Origin: Anaeramoeba ignava BMAN
Lineage: Eukaryota > Protista > Anaeramoebae
Length of the DNA: 64,000 bases
Assembly: GCA_028826165.1 (NCBI GenBank)
Contig: JAPDFW010000056.1
Location: 186,001 to 250,000, forward strand
Direction of reading: 5' to 3'
The translations under genes and the position numbers were made by a program. Each line of letters opens with the position of its first letter. Within the stretch, counting starts at the first letter, position 1. The notes under the pieces were generated by a model. It made no database searches. It saw only the letters and a program-made list of their open reading frames with translations, and was not told the DNA's origin. Below, piece by piece: positions 63,916 through 64,000 of this stretch.

Positions 63916-64000
63916 TTTATATTTTATATTTATATTATTTTAATTTTATATTATTTTATTATATGAAAAATTTTTTAACGATATTCTTCTTCATTTATTT

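Noticed and set aside
1-64000. Alternative genetic code, tRNA genes or rRNA genes
   Set aside because: Conserved genes end at TAA/TGA and contain no in-frame stops. No GC-rich structured RNA-like segment was seen.

Overview
Very AT-rich, intron-containing eukaryotic DNA in the standard genetic code. N/Q/E/K low-complexity tracts, a BTB-BACK-TLDc gene and microsatellite-filled introns suggest a protist such as the metamonad Anaeramoeba (inference only). About 14 protein genes are present: a partial S/T/K-rich gene, a BTB-BACK-TLDc gene, a GC-rich intronless bacterial-type beta-helix gene, a GAPVD1-like RasGAP-VPS9 gene, HROB-like, RanBP9/10-like, a ~5200-aa RNF213-like AAA+ protein, spatacsin, two tandem cullin-1 paralogs, a 5x PH-like repeat protein, Rxt3/HDC1-like, DDX47/RRP3, a small secreted Cys-rich protein and PCYT2. 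The most unusual structures are: (1) a ~3-kb unit bounded by 36-bp inverted repeats, in which the BTB gene sits in phase inside a 144-bp satellite array; (2) two kilobase-long introns of one gene made of the same 12-mer in opposite orientations; (3) strand-specific G exclusion from expanded introns; (4) an RNF213-like giant with two degenerate RZ fingers; (5) cullin duplicates that diverge mainly at the adaptor-binding N-terminus. Several single-base frameshifts are probably assembly errors. All family assignments come from motif recognition by eye, not database searches.
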